Shown one piece after another: positions 1-12,388 of a DNA stretch of 64,000 nucleotides. Positions within the stretch are counted from its first letter, which is position 1. Every line of letters starts with the position of its first letter. Source of the DNA: Eledone cirrhosa (Eukaryota); contig OZ024757.1 in NCBI GenBank assembly GCA_964016885.1, forward strand, positions 6,138,001 to 6,202,000, written 5' to 3'. The notes below the pieces were generated by a model. That model did no database searches. It was not told where the DNA came from and worked only from the letters and a program-made list of their open reading frames with translations. A program made the translations under genes and the position numbers.

Positions 1-98
1 CAACATCGGCGGGATTTTAACTCAAATCGTAAAGGGACGTAACCATGCTGGAAAGCATGGCGTCCGACCCTCTACCGATACTGCCAATCCACCGCCAT
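1..98 (-). mobile_element. tRNA-derived SINE head (family A), cut by window edge
   Basis: Reverse complement reads GGCGGTGGATTGGCAGTATCGGTAG...GAGTTAAAATCCCGCCG (A-box/B-box like); same family as 30407-30588 and 50011-50205. Confidence 0.8.
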
Positions 99-262
99 TA
101 ATTAAAGTTATAATGAAGACAGCAGGTACTCGGTGTTGTTGACAATGTTTCACCTCTCTTACCGGTGTCATACGTTCTTATATTTGGACGCTTTTACTGT
201 ATCTGCTGCGATATTTCGTGCCTGCTTTTACTGCAAGTGCAAGAAGGAGAACAAAAAGTGCT

Positions 263-650
263 CAGTCTACACTGTAAAGTTGTCATTTTGGTGCCATGAA
301 AGTACTCAGTCCACACTGTAAAGTAGTCATTTTGGTGACATGATAGTGTCCAGTCGACACTGTAAAGTAGTCATTTTGGTGCCATGAAAGTACCCAGTCC
401 ACACTGTAAAGTAGTCATTTTGGTGACATGATAGTGCCCAGTCCACACTGTAAAGTTGTCATTTTGGTGATACTGCAGAAAGCACCCAGTACACACTGTT
501 AAGTAGTTGGCGTTATGAAGGGCATCCAGTCATGGAAACCAAGACACGGTCATCTGATCTGAATTGTCTCACAATAGGACAACTCATCTAACCCATGCTA
601 GCATGGAGAAATGGACGTTAAACAGTGATGATGATGATTATGATGATGAA
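263..650 (+). repeat. 44-bp tandem repeat (about 6 copies) running into an RTE-type 3' tail with (GAT)n
   Basis: CAGTCCACACTGTAAAGTAGTCATTTTGGTG... starts at 263, 307, 351, 395, 439 and ~487, then CCCATGCTAGCATGG...GGACGTTAAAC(GAT)n. Confidence 0.75.
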
Positions 651-754
651 AGTCTACGGTGCTGAGACCACAAATCAAGGGAGTAGTCTATTGATGTGAA
701 GAAGTAGAGTGGGTATAGAGGAAGGTAAAAACATACCTGAGACATGAATGTGTA

Positions 755-2168
755 ACCTAGTAGTTAGTGACTTTATAGTTATGACTAGAGGAACTCAGAG
801 ACAGAGGGCAACCTGGAGAAGAAGAATATGGAAGATAAAGGAGCCCTCAGCCAGTAACAAATTTAGAGATATTTTGTTTGACACTTTTCACAGTAAAGAA
901 GAAGATATAGAGACTCAGAACATAGAGGAGGTGTTGGTGTTATATATATGTATGCTCTGATGGATGAGCAGCATTAGGAAACTGAGGGAATAAGTTGGTA
1001 TAAGAGAAAGTAGATGTAGTGTGCTAGAGAGAAGACTACGTTGGTATGGACATGTGATGTGTATGAAAGATAACAGCTGCATAAAGAAATGGAGAAAAAC
1101 TGATGTGGTTAGGACCATTGGAAAAGGCAGACCCAGGAAGACATGGGATGAGTGTGTGAAGACCTTAAAAGACCTCACAACAGAAATGACAAAGGACCAC
1201 AAGGGCTGGCACTATGTTATGATAGTGAAGACCTGGTCAACAGCATACACTGTGGCCTGACCTACCCCTTATCTTCCCTCTCCCTAGCACTCCCTAACAG
1301 GTATTTTTCACTACACCACCCCCACTCATTATCTGCTGCCCCCTTCAAAACCTCTAGAATCCCTCATTTCACAATCTAGTAGACACTCCCCTCACTGTTA
1401 TGTACTCCATCCATGCCCCCTCCACTAGAATTCCCTAGCAGCTCTCCTCATCTCCACTAAATACCCCCACCCCATCCATGCCCCCCTCCACTAGTACTCC
1501 CTAGCAGCTCTCCTCATCTCCACTATATACCCCCACTCCATCCATGCCACCTCCACTATTACACCCTAGCAGCTCTCCTCATCGCCACTAAATACCCCCA
1601 CTCCATCCATGCCACCTCCCTCTAGTATTTATCCCTTAGCTTCTGTCTCCCCCACTATAAACTCTTAGAACCCTTCACTATCACTCCTTAGTAGCTACCA
1701 TGCCCCTTCCCTATCACTCTGCTATTCTCTCCATCACTACACCTCCCCATTTCTGACATTGGTGAGTGCCACCCCCACCACTTTAGTGTTCTCATCTTCA
1801 TGGAAAAAGACAGGAGACAGGTGAAGAGGACCCTTCAGTGGTGTCAAAGACAGGACAATGTTCCTAGTGTTGGTGATCTACAAGATAAACACATCCACTA
1901 CATGCTATAAAGTTGGTGCTAGGAAGGGTATCCAGCCATAGAAAGCTTGCCATACAAAGTGCTGGGAGGACCCTTCACTTGTGTTAAAGACATGAAAACC
2001 TCTCCTGTGCACTTGATAGTATGTGAGATCATACATAAGAGAGATAACAGACTCCTAACCATCCTGGAAGGTCAGCAGCCGTGCATCAGTACTGACTTAG
2101 TCTATCTATACCCATCTATCCCTTACTAGCAAGGTAAGAAGACATTAAAACTATGATGATGATGATAA
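755..2168 (+). mobile_element. Internally deleted RTE LINE relic (EN-RT linker, C-terminus, 3' UTR with ~65-bp C-rich tandem repeat at ~1405-1625)
   Basis: Translations WRRRIWKIKEP and ERRLRWYGHVM...GRPRKTW match the other RTE copies; ends in (GAT)n. Confidence 0.7.
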
Positions 2169-2607
2169 TATATATATATGTGTGTGTAGTAAAAGAAATA
2201 TTTTCCCACAGTGTTCTCTTATGGACATGGCCACCACGAAGTGACCTGCGACCTTGTAGAGAAGACAACAGATAAACTTTCTGGAGGCTAGGTTTACAGC
2301 ACCATTCCTACAAAGAAGAACATATTCTGGGGCCATCTGTTATTTATCAAAAATAACTAGCTGTCATTATAAATAGGCTGTCCTGTGGTCCTAACTCAGT
2401 CATCTGCCTCTTCATATAAACAACACAGCTCCCTTGCCACTGCTTACTACTACCTCTACTGGTACATACTGTCTGACTACAACTTGTCAATGTTTAATCA
2501 AACATAGCATATTAAACAAAGATTCTCCAGCACAACACAGGAGCCTTATTATACAACACTATATTCATTTGTAAATACTACAATCAAACATTATATTTAT
2601 GCTATGA

Positions 2608-2797
2608 GGGTGGTGAATTGGCAGCAACGGTAGAGGGTTGGACGCCATGCTTTCTAGCATAGTTATGTCCCTTTACAGTCTCAGTTCAAATCCCGCCGAG
2701 GTTAACTTTGCTCTTCATCCTTACGGGGGCGATGAAATAAAGTACCAGTAATGTACTGGGTATTTGCTGGCCTTGTGCCTAAAGTAGAAACAATTAT
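2608..2797 (+). mobile_element. tRNA-derived SINE (family A)
   Basis: tRNA-like head, GTTCAAATCCCGCC B-box, central TTTCATCCTTACGGGG..GAT.AAATAAAGTACCAG block, GCCTTGTGCCTAAAGTAGAAAC tail shared with other copies. Confidence 0.8.
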
Positions 2798-3059
2798 ATT
2801 TATGATTTGAAGTAATCAGATTTTTTTACCTTTTTGCTGAAGTGAAGTAACTTATATCTAACCAGAATTATTGGTATTTGTCTTGTTTATCATCCTCTTT
2901 CATAACAACCACTAACTTCCCTTCATGTCTACACACAGCCACATGTCTAATTCTCTTAATGTAAAACGTTTAAAAGTGAGTTGGCTGCTATTTCTAGCAC
3001 ATCGAGTAACACGGTTAGAGACTGCTTTGTTGATATGTAATAATTATTTTATTGGGTGA

Positions 3060-4140
<1,081 letters not shown>

Positions 4141-4641
4141 ATACACATACATATATATTTGTATGTATATATTTGTGTGTGTTTATACAGAAATAATATA
4201 TACACTACTTAATTATATATATATATATACAACATATCAAAATAAATCAAATAAATTTAACAAACGACTGAATCTACCAAAATAGAATATTTTATTTATT
4301 TACAATTTGGTGATAAACAATATTTTTGGTAAAAGTAATTCTTCTCTTTTTCACACTTTCTTTCTTTCATCCCCCCCCCCCCACATATATATATATATAT
4401 ATACATACACACACACACAAGAGTATAAAGTGGTGGTGTAAAGTGAGAGTTGCTGCCACAATAAAATACACCTTGTTCACTTTGTAAAGTAGTCATGAGG
4501 GTTCCACTATAAAATGCACCCAGTCCACTCTGTAAAGTGGTTGTCATTGAAAACGTCACCCAGCAATGTCTGGTCTCGTTCCATGACAACAGAACCCATC
4601 CAGCTAATGTTAGAATGGAACAGAGATGATGATGATAGAGA

Positions 4642-4844
4642 CTAATTTTCTTTTAGATATTGACAACGAAGAACCTCAAAACATTCTGTCATCTTTAGAG
4701 CTTCTTTCAGAGTGGCTATGGTGCATTCTTCTGGTTTACTAATTTCACACCATTTGAGTATCATTTCAAAAGCCTGTTTGTCAATATCACTATAGTTATG
4801 TTCAATTTTGTTCAGTATATAAGCTGGAACTTCTAATTGAATAC
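4642..4844 (-). CDS. Terminal exon of RING + death-domain gene (C-terminal part of death domain)
   Basis: Acceptor ttttatattttacag; phase-1 start; reads (G)IQLEVPAYILNKIEHNYSDIDKQAFEMILKWCEISKPEECTIATLKEALKMTECFEVLRCQYLKEN-TAG, with the death-domain pattern QAFEMLxxW...TxxxLxxAL. Confidence 0.75.
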
Positions 4845-5306
4845 CTGTAAAATATAAAACAATAAGAAAGCAATACTATAACAACAACATTAAACAGATT
4901 AGTTATATACAATATGTATACCACAGGTTGTTGTAAATAACAAAGTAACTAGCTGTAGAGTAATAGAAATAATTAACATAAAAATTCTAAAATATTGTTG
5001 TATGTTTCCAAGGATACCGACAAAAATAAAGAAGTTGAAGTGAGGAGAAGAAAGAAGAACAAGATTAAAGAAAATAGACTTGAGAAAATTATGGCAAAGA
5101 AATGGCAGAAGTTTTTGTATCGTCAGAACTGGTTCAGAATTTAAATATCCAACATTGATAACCAACATTCACAACATGTCATCCATAGTAAAGGTTTAAA
5201 GATGAGATTGAAGACCCCTCAATAACATCACAAGATCAGTGTCTGAAATAGTCATGGTTCTGCCTAAAATCTACCAAGACATCAATGACAAGTGACAAAC
5301 ATTTCC

Positions 5307-6620
5307 TCATCATCATCATCATTTTACATCCTCTTTTCCCTGCTTGCAAGGGTGGGATGGGTCCTATTCATCATCTCTCCATTTGACACGGTCCTTTGTC
5401 ATCTACAGCGATCTGAGGGCTGCTCTCACCACCTCTCCCCCATGTTTTTTGTGGTCTTCCTCTACTGTGTCTTCCTTCCACTGGGATTTCTTGGCACTTC
5501 ATTACTCAGCAGTCACCCGCCATGCATATCACACATCCATACCAACACAGTCTTCTCTCCTGCACACTACATCTTATCCTTCTTATACAGTTTCTCTCTC
5601 AACTGGTCTATGCTGGGTCATTCACACACATTGACATTGCACATCCAATGGAGCATGCTTGCTTCATTTCTCTCCGGCCGTCACATTTCCTCTGCAGTTG
5701 CTGCCCATTTCTCACTACTATGCAGCATCACACATCTCACACAGCCATCATATAACCGGCCTTTCTTCTGTAGGGAGAAACCCTTCATTGTCAGCAGAGG
5801 AAGCAGCTTTCTAAACTTCTTCCAACCCATCCTTATTCTAGATACTATGGCCTCGGAACACCCTCCTCCCTTACTAATCTGATCACCTAGGTATCAGAAG
5901 CTATCAACTACCTCTATAGATCCTACCTGCATTTGAAAAATGTGTCTATCACTGCAATCTCTGTCAAATTTTCCTGTACATCTACTGCATACGTATTTCT
6001 CCCTACCTGTCCGTTTTCCTGCTATCCCACTACATCCCTTGTGTACCCAAGATCTGCCTTGTGAACATTTTATAGAATTTATGCCAACTCCTTTTCTACA
6101 TATCGAACATGGCCATTCCCCTGACGGAATCAGAGTTTTGTCTTCTCTTCTACTTATAAACACATTTGTATTAGCTAGGTTCCCTCTCAGTCTTCTTGTT
6201 TCCAACTGCTGTTTCCATAGCCAGAATTTATTCTCTAGCTCCTCTACTGATTCTGCTATAAGAACCAGATCATCAGAATAGAGAAGTTCCCATGGACAGC
6301 CAGTCTTAAACTCCTCTGTTATGGCTTGGAGGACTATAATGAACAAGAGTGGACTGAAGACCGAACCCTGATGTACACGTACTTATATCTGGAATTCCTC
6401 ACTAAACTCCATTCCTACTCTCACTTTACTGACAGCACCCCTGTACATAGCTTGCACTGTCCTCACAAGCCATTCCACTACACCTAGTTTCCTTAGGGAC
6501 CACCAGATGACAGATCGGGCGTCCCTATCAAAGGCCTTCTCTAGGTCAACAAAAGTATAGTGGTTTATTCTTCTCTAAGAACCTCTCTTGTAGTTGTCTC
6601 ACTAAGAAGAGGGCATCCTT
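5307..6620 (-). mobile_element. RTE LINE 3' half (RT to tail), decayed
   Basis: QGSVFSPLLFIIVL, WELLYSDDLVL, PHD-type Cys cluster, FxYLG; (GAT)n tail near 5307; close relative of 42992-44345. Confidence 0.85.
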
Positions 6621-7256
6621 GCTGCTAAATTTAATGGACATGTTGAGTAGCACGAAGATGACTCTTTTGGAGTACATGATGGCTAGAGGTATGGCTTGAG
6701 GGATCAAGACTCCTACAGTTCTGTGATGTAATTGACTTCAAGATATCAGCCAGTCATTTGATCAGGTAGACATACAAGCTAGATTAACTTTATTCTCATC
6801 AGAAAACAAATAGACAGATGGTTGTGAATATTAAATCTTTTTCCAGAGAAGGAAGCGTTTGGTAGAGAGTGTGGACAAAGAAAGACCATAACCTTAACAA
6901 TAAGACTACACCATCTGATAAGACAAAGATGACTGAAGAATGAAGGAGTAACAATCTCTAGGAATAATGTAGGGTGGTCACACCTGGAACACCCTCCATT
7001 ATAAATCTGCAGATAATGGCAGAACCGAGATTAAATAACAATAACAACCTATCTGTAGATTGAATATGTTTCAATAAAACCAAACAAAAACATTCCCATG
7101 AACTCACTTGTTTACCCCAATACACCAACAGATTTTTATTCCCTGTTTTAGAAGACAATATTAGTTATATTGTGTCTTCTAATTTATCCATTTTTACCAA
7201 TTCAGTTAAAAGTAAACTTTATAGAAATCAACAAGATACTGTAATCTTATACTCAC

Positions 7257-7328
7257 CAACTGCATACCAATTTATTCCTAACAGTCCTGCTACCTTACAA
7301 AGGACTTTCTCATTCGGCTTTTGAGACC
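7257..7328 (-). CDS. 72-bp internal exon of RING + death-domain gene (N-terminal part of death domain)
   Basis: tttttccag acceptor, gtgagt donor, phase 1-1; reads SQKPNEKVLCKVAGLLGINWYAV(G), matching the LxxVAxxLGxxWxxLG death-domain start and joining the 4642-4844 exon in frame. Confidence 0.75.
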
Positions 7329-8324
7329 CTGGAAAAATATTTCCCAGTTTTTTTCATTTTACTGTAAAGATTTTCTATTCCTGTTTATAATCTATATTTT
7401 ATATTTTCAGACATTCCTATCATCAGAAGTCAACTAGTGATCACAATGGCTTTAGTCAATATTTTCTCTTCTTGTTATATCAGGTCATATCTGAGTATTT
7501 AGGCCCACAATAAAATATGTTAAACTTTATAAATATTTTCTATCTATAAAAACATCTTATATATTCTAACAATGCTGTAATTATCTCATTCCACTATCAG
7601 CTGATTATACATTTGTTTTTCTCATAGCTTTGTCTTTCACTTATGCCAAATCTACAATATAGCATCACTGTCCTCTCATCTCTGTATTTTACTAATAAAT
7701 ATTCTGTTTATTTTCTTCTTAATTCTAATATCAGCCAAGCTGGTTATCAAAGACCTAGCCACAAATTCATGATAGCCGACATTAAATAGGAGTAGATACA
7801 CCTGCTTTCCTCAAGAAAGGTCGATGTTGGCAATCTTTAGTTTAAACTGACCACATCTGTGTTCACCAGAATGTCATCTGATTCATGTAATATTTACAAA
7901 TATTTACATGTCACGTGTCCTCCATAATGATACAGGATCTTATCGGTGAGCACTGATTATTCTATACAGGTGAGAAGGAAAGTGATAACAGGTGTATTAA
8001 AACACTGTACACATACACAAATCCTCATTAGCTACCTTTAACAAGTCATCTTTACATTAATGCTGTGAAAATATCTGAAAGGGATCCATGAAATGACCCC
8101 AACATTATAAATTATCTCCTACAGACCCCTTATATAAATAAATCATAGTTTCTCAAATCTTTGCTGACCTCTCCATCAATACAGTGGACATCAGTAGCGG
8201 GAGAAGCCAACTACCTGAAAATTTGAGGACGTAGAAGTTACACCTGTCTTTTAGACATCTGTCAGTTCTAACAATGAGTGTTCCAATTGTTTGAATAACA
8301 GAAGAGTTTACTCATGTAATTAAG

Positions 8325-8775
8325 GTGCAAATGGCTGAGTATTCCACAGACATGTACACCCATAACGTAATTCTCAGGGAGATTCAGTATGGCACAGTGT
8401 GTGATAAAGCTGATCCTTTTAAATACAGGTACAGTCCCTCTTGTGTTATAGTGAGAGTGGCTGAGTATTCCACAGATATATGTTCTCTTAACGTGATTCT
8501 AAGGGAGATTCAGTGATATGTTGTATGTGATATAGCTGGACCATTGAATTACAGGAACAATAACGGTCACTATTATTATAATTCTCAGGGAGATTCAGCA
8601 TAACGAAGTATGAAACAAAGCTGGTCTTTTGAATTACAAATACAACTCATTTTCCCATCTAAGTAGACTGAAGTAACATGAAATAAAGTGTCTTGCTCAA
8701 AGATACAATATGTTCCTGGGAATTGAACTCAGAACCTTATGATCATGAGACAAACACACTAACCACTAAGTCATG
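8325..8775 (-). mobile_element. tRNA-derived CORE-type SINE (family B) with triplicated tail segment
   Basis: Reverse complement has a tRNA head then TTTGAGCAAGACACTTTATTTCA, matching 37715-37860; the TTCTCAGGGAGATTCAG block recurs three times. Confidence 0.65.
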
Positions 8776-8814
8776 AATGGAAATATACAGACAGACTATC
8801 AAATAATTACTTAC

Positions 8815-8957
8815 TAAATTCATCCACCGTACATACAGTCATTCCACACTGTGTACAATGTTCAATTGTGGAACAACATTTTCCACAAGCAGCTTTATGT
8901 TGACATGGGTTGGATGTATTGGTGGCTTTATTAATCTGACATGGGTGACATACAGCT
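8815..8957 (-). CDS. 143-bp exon encoding a RING-HC (C3HC4) finger
   Basis: tttccttttacag acceptor, gtaagt donor; AVCHPCQINKATNTSNPCQHKAACGKCCSTIEHCTQCGMTVCTVDEF = C-x2-C-x11-C-x-H-x3-C-x2-C-x6-C-x2-C (IAP/Mind-bomb-like spacing); ends in phase 1, compatible with the 72-bp exon. Confidence 0.72.
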
Positions 8958-9364
8958 CTGTAAAAGGAAATAAAGATACAACTCACCAACAACATTAATT
9001 TACACCAAATATTACATTGTATACAAGTTTACAGAGATTATGTGTGAAGGGTGCAACAACCTCTCTAGTATTGGTGACATGATAAAATATAACCAGTACA
9101 CTCTGTAATGTGGTTGGTAATAGGAAGGGCTTCCTGTCATACAAAACTTTCCAAACAAAGGATAGAGAGGATTCTGTAGTGGTTTCAAAGACATGACAAC
9201 ATCCCTAGTGTTGGTGCCATGATTAAATCAACAGTGCATTTCATGATGATGATGATGATGATTTATAATAAAAGGTGGGATTTGAACTCAGAACGTTCAG
9301 GGCCATAACTCTATGTTGCAAAGCATGGTGTGTGTGACACTACTGATACTGTCAATCTATAATC

Positions 9365-9710
9365 AATAATAATAATGAAAATTATTGTGTACAATGCTCA
9401 GGTGCACTACCACTCATTAAAGGTGCATGTATTGTACATAGAGTAATGTAGAAATATCAGGAAAGTGAACAGTGATTGAGTCATGATACACACACACATG
9501 CGTGCATGTATGGAGGTGAGGATATCAGGTGTAATGTTGGAGAATTTCAGGAAGGATGGAGGTGTTAAAGGATGCAGTGTCCTGACAGCTAACAACTGAT
9601 GCAGGTAGTTGGTTCCATGCTTCAGTAACTCTGAGCATGAATAGATGTTTCTGAAAGTCATGGGGTCTGTACTGCTTTCCTGCTATTTCTTGGCTTAAAG
9701 CAGAAATCAG
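9365..9710 (-). mobile_element. CR1/L2-group LINE 3' end
   Basis: Minus-strand translation FQKHLFMLRVTEAWNQLPASVV resembles the CR1 C-terminal RVxxxWNxLP motif; short (ATT)n tail. Confidence 0.6.
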
Positions 9711-9959
9711 TTGTCGAACTTCCGCAACTTCTGTATTGAGGGTCTATTTTTGTTGCTGTTGTTGATGTTCTTCAACAGGAAACAGGAATGGTAGGGGAAG
9801 ACATGGTAGTCGGTTTGTGTTGTTGTTCAACAACAGTGGTATAGGAAGGCACACAGGCCAGGGACTGAAAGGACCAACTTGGTAGCTGCACCTTTTCCTA
9901 TAATCCATCCATCATAGAAATATGGTGTCTCTTTTTTTGACCTGGGATCTTTGAAAAGT

Positions 9960-10100
9960 TTATGGCACATTGAAGACAGAGAGAAACATGACATTTACCA
10001 CATTGAATCTATCTATTTTGGAAATAGTTCTTGGGTTTGGTACATAGATGACAGACATGATTTTCCTGACAATCTTCTATTTTGGGACAGTGAACAGTTT
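9960..10100 (-). mobile_element. Possible decayed piggyBac transposase C-terminal cysteine-rich domain
   Basis: HCPKIEDCQENHVCHLCTKPKNYFQNR*IQCGKCHVSLCL, with one in-frame stop; the HxP..CxxC..CxKCxVxLC pattern is piggyBac-like. Confidence 0.35.
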
Positions 10101-10262
10101 TATTACACACACCTCATCTATGGATGTCACCATAGCAATTATGTTCTGTCTGTCCATCCATACAATACAACAATAGGTAAACAAATAGATATGTCTAAGT
10201 ATAACACACTTGTTAAGGAGATCAATAAAATATATTTTCTTTCTGTTTTCCTATTCTACGTA

Positions 10263-10743
10263 TCATCATCATCAACGTTTAACGTCCGTGTTCCACGCTT
10301 GCATGGGTTTGGACGGGGGTAGTCCCACTTGAGGCAAGAGTGATTGTCTTGCTCGCATAGGACTGTCTGGCAGGTTTTCTACAGTTGGATGCCCTTCCTA
10401 ACACCAACCACATTTACAGTGTGGGTCTGGGAGGTTTTTACCGTGTTGCCTACACGGCCACATTACAGCGTGGACTGTGTGATTTTTTTGTCGTGACACC
10501 TACACGATCTGATTTGTTTCAGCCTGGATGGTGTGGCACCAACATAACTTTACATAGAACGGGGTGATGTAGATGGGGTGGGACGGGGGGGGGGGTATTT
10601 TGTTAGAGATGCCTACTGGCTGTAGTAGGTTTTACTATGTATTTAGGTAAGGCGGGTCTTCTCTGTTACTGAGTACCGCCAAAGGTCTCGGTCCAGTGAC
10701 ATTGTCTTGGAGAGGTGTAAGTGTGTGAGGTCGGAGTTTATCA
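10263..10743 (-). mobile_element. RTE LINE 3' end insertion
   Basis: (CAT)n at 10263, 3' UTR similar to 16070-16500; absent from the duplicated segment near 63945; GTAT on both sides. Confidence 0.8.
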
Positions 10744-10999
10744 GTATGTGTGTATATAAAAAGATCTACACATGTATCTATAATTAAGAGATGTATATAG
10801 GCTAGAAATGAAGTCTATGTCCAGTGTTTATAATGTAGGTACGATAGTTACTATAGTTTCTCACACACGAAACAGGATTTCCTTGCACATTCTGTGTGTA
10901 TGTATATATATATATATAGATATGTGTGTATGTATATATATGTGTGTGTGTATGTATATATATATATATACATGTATATGTGTGTGTGTGTATATATAA

Positions 11000-11576
11000 C
11001 ATGTATCCCAGTACAACCTGTCTCATGGTCGGGTCATTGACGACTAAACTGGCAACCCCACCAAGGTTTCTTGGTGAGGAGGGTGACTTTGGACATCCTG
11101 CAGGACTAAAAACAAAACCTTTCAAAGGGCAAAGAGCTCTTAAGAGTCAATGGCCATCCAAAATCACCGGGAGAGATGACCCCTTAGCCTTTGTCAAGGC
11201 AGAATTCTAGGAGAAGGAAAACTCTGATATAACACCTGCAACCCTGATGGTATCCAATGATGTTGACTTGTTTTTCTTTTTGGTAAATATCATCTGGTTA
11301 AGAGAGTGGGACTGGCTTTGTGCAGTGCCTTTGCTCACTATAAAACTTCACGGCACAGGCATTGCTTTATATCTGGAGATCTCTCTGCACTTGTCGTCAC
11401 AATGTACCATGGGCCCAGCACTATGTGTCAATAATTGTCACAAGTGTAGTGTTTGTACCAGAGTTTTCAAGTCGCTGGCTGGACTAAAAGTCACACTCGT
11501 TCAGCCCATCGGTAGGGGTTCTCCTACATGGATATAAAGTAGTGGCCGTACTCGAAAACGAGTTGGCAGCCACCAT
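11000..11576 (+). mobile_element. Internally deleted RTE (BovB-like) element: 5' UTR-like part plus 3' end
   Basis: CTAGGAGAAGGAAAACTCTGA block; terminal HKCSVCTRVFKSLAGLK motif like 48790-48865; absent from the paralogous segment at 63250-63800. Confidence 0.5.
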
Positions 11577-11740
11577 ATATATATATATATATATATATCT
11601 GTGTGTGTGTGTGTGTGTATATATATATGTGTGTATGTATATATATATATATATATTTATATAGATGTTTGTGTATGTATATATAAATATATCTGTGTGT
11701 ATATTTGTGTATGTGTAGCTATATATATGTGTGTATCTAC

Positions 11741-11778
<38 letters not shown>

Positions 11779-12388
11779 ATCTACATATATATATATGTGT
11801 GTGTGTATTTACATATATATATATGTGCGTGTGTGTGTATCTACATATATATATATATGTGTGTGTGTGTGTATCTACATATATATATATATATGTGTGT
11901 GTGTGTATCTACATATATATATACATGTGTGTGTGTGTATCTACATATATATATATATGTGTGTGTGTGTATCTACATATATATATATGTGTATGTGTGT
12001 GTGTATCTACATATATATATATATGTGTGTGTGTGTATCTACATATATATATACATGTGTGTGTGTGTATCTACATATATATATATATATGTGTGTGTAT
12101 CTACATATAATATACATGTGTGTGTGTGTATCTATATATATATATATATGTGTGTGTGTATCTATATATATATATATATGTGTGTGTGTATCTATATATA
12201 TATATATATGTGTGTGTGTATCTACATATATATATATGTGTATCTACATATATATATATGTGTGTGTGTGTGTGTATCTACATATATATATATGTGTGTG
12301 TGTGTGTGTATCTACATATATATATGTGTGTGTGTGTGTATCTACATATATATATATGTGTGTGTGTGTGTGTATCTACATATATATA
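11577..12388. repeat. Compound (TA)n(TG)n-TCTACA minisatellite
   Basis: Unit TCTACA(TA)n(TG)nTA repeated more than 20 times; inverted paralog at ~63249-63790. Confidence 0.9.

Noticed and set aside
263-500. Regularly spaced 44-bp repeats, and the 115-bp repeats at 47141-47459, as CRISPR-like arrays
   Set aside because: No unique spacers, eukaryotic context, no cas genes; plain tandem repeats.
8036-8075. Candidate extra exon between the RING and death-domain exons
   Set aside because: Contains a stop in the phase needed to join the neighbouring exons.
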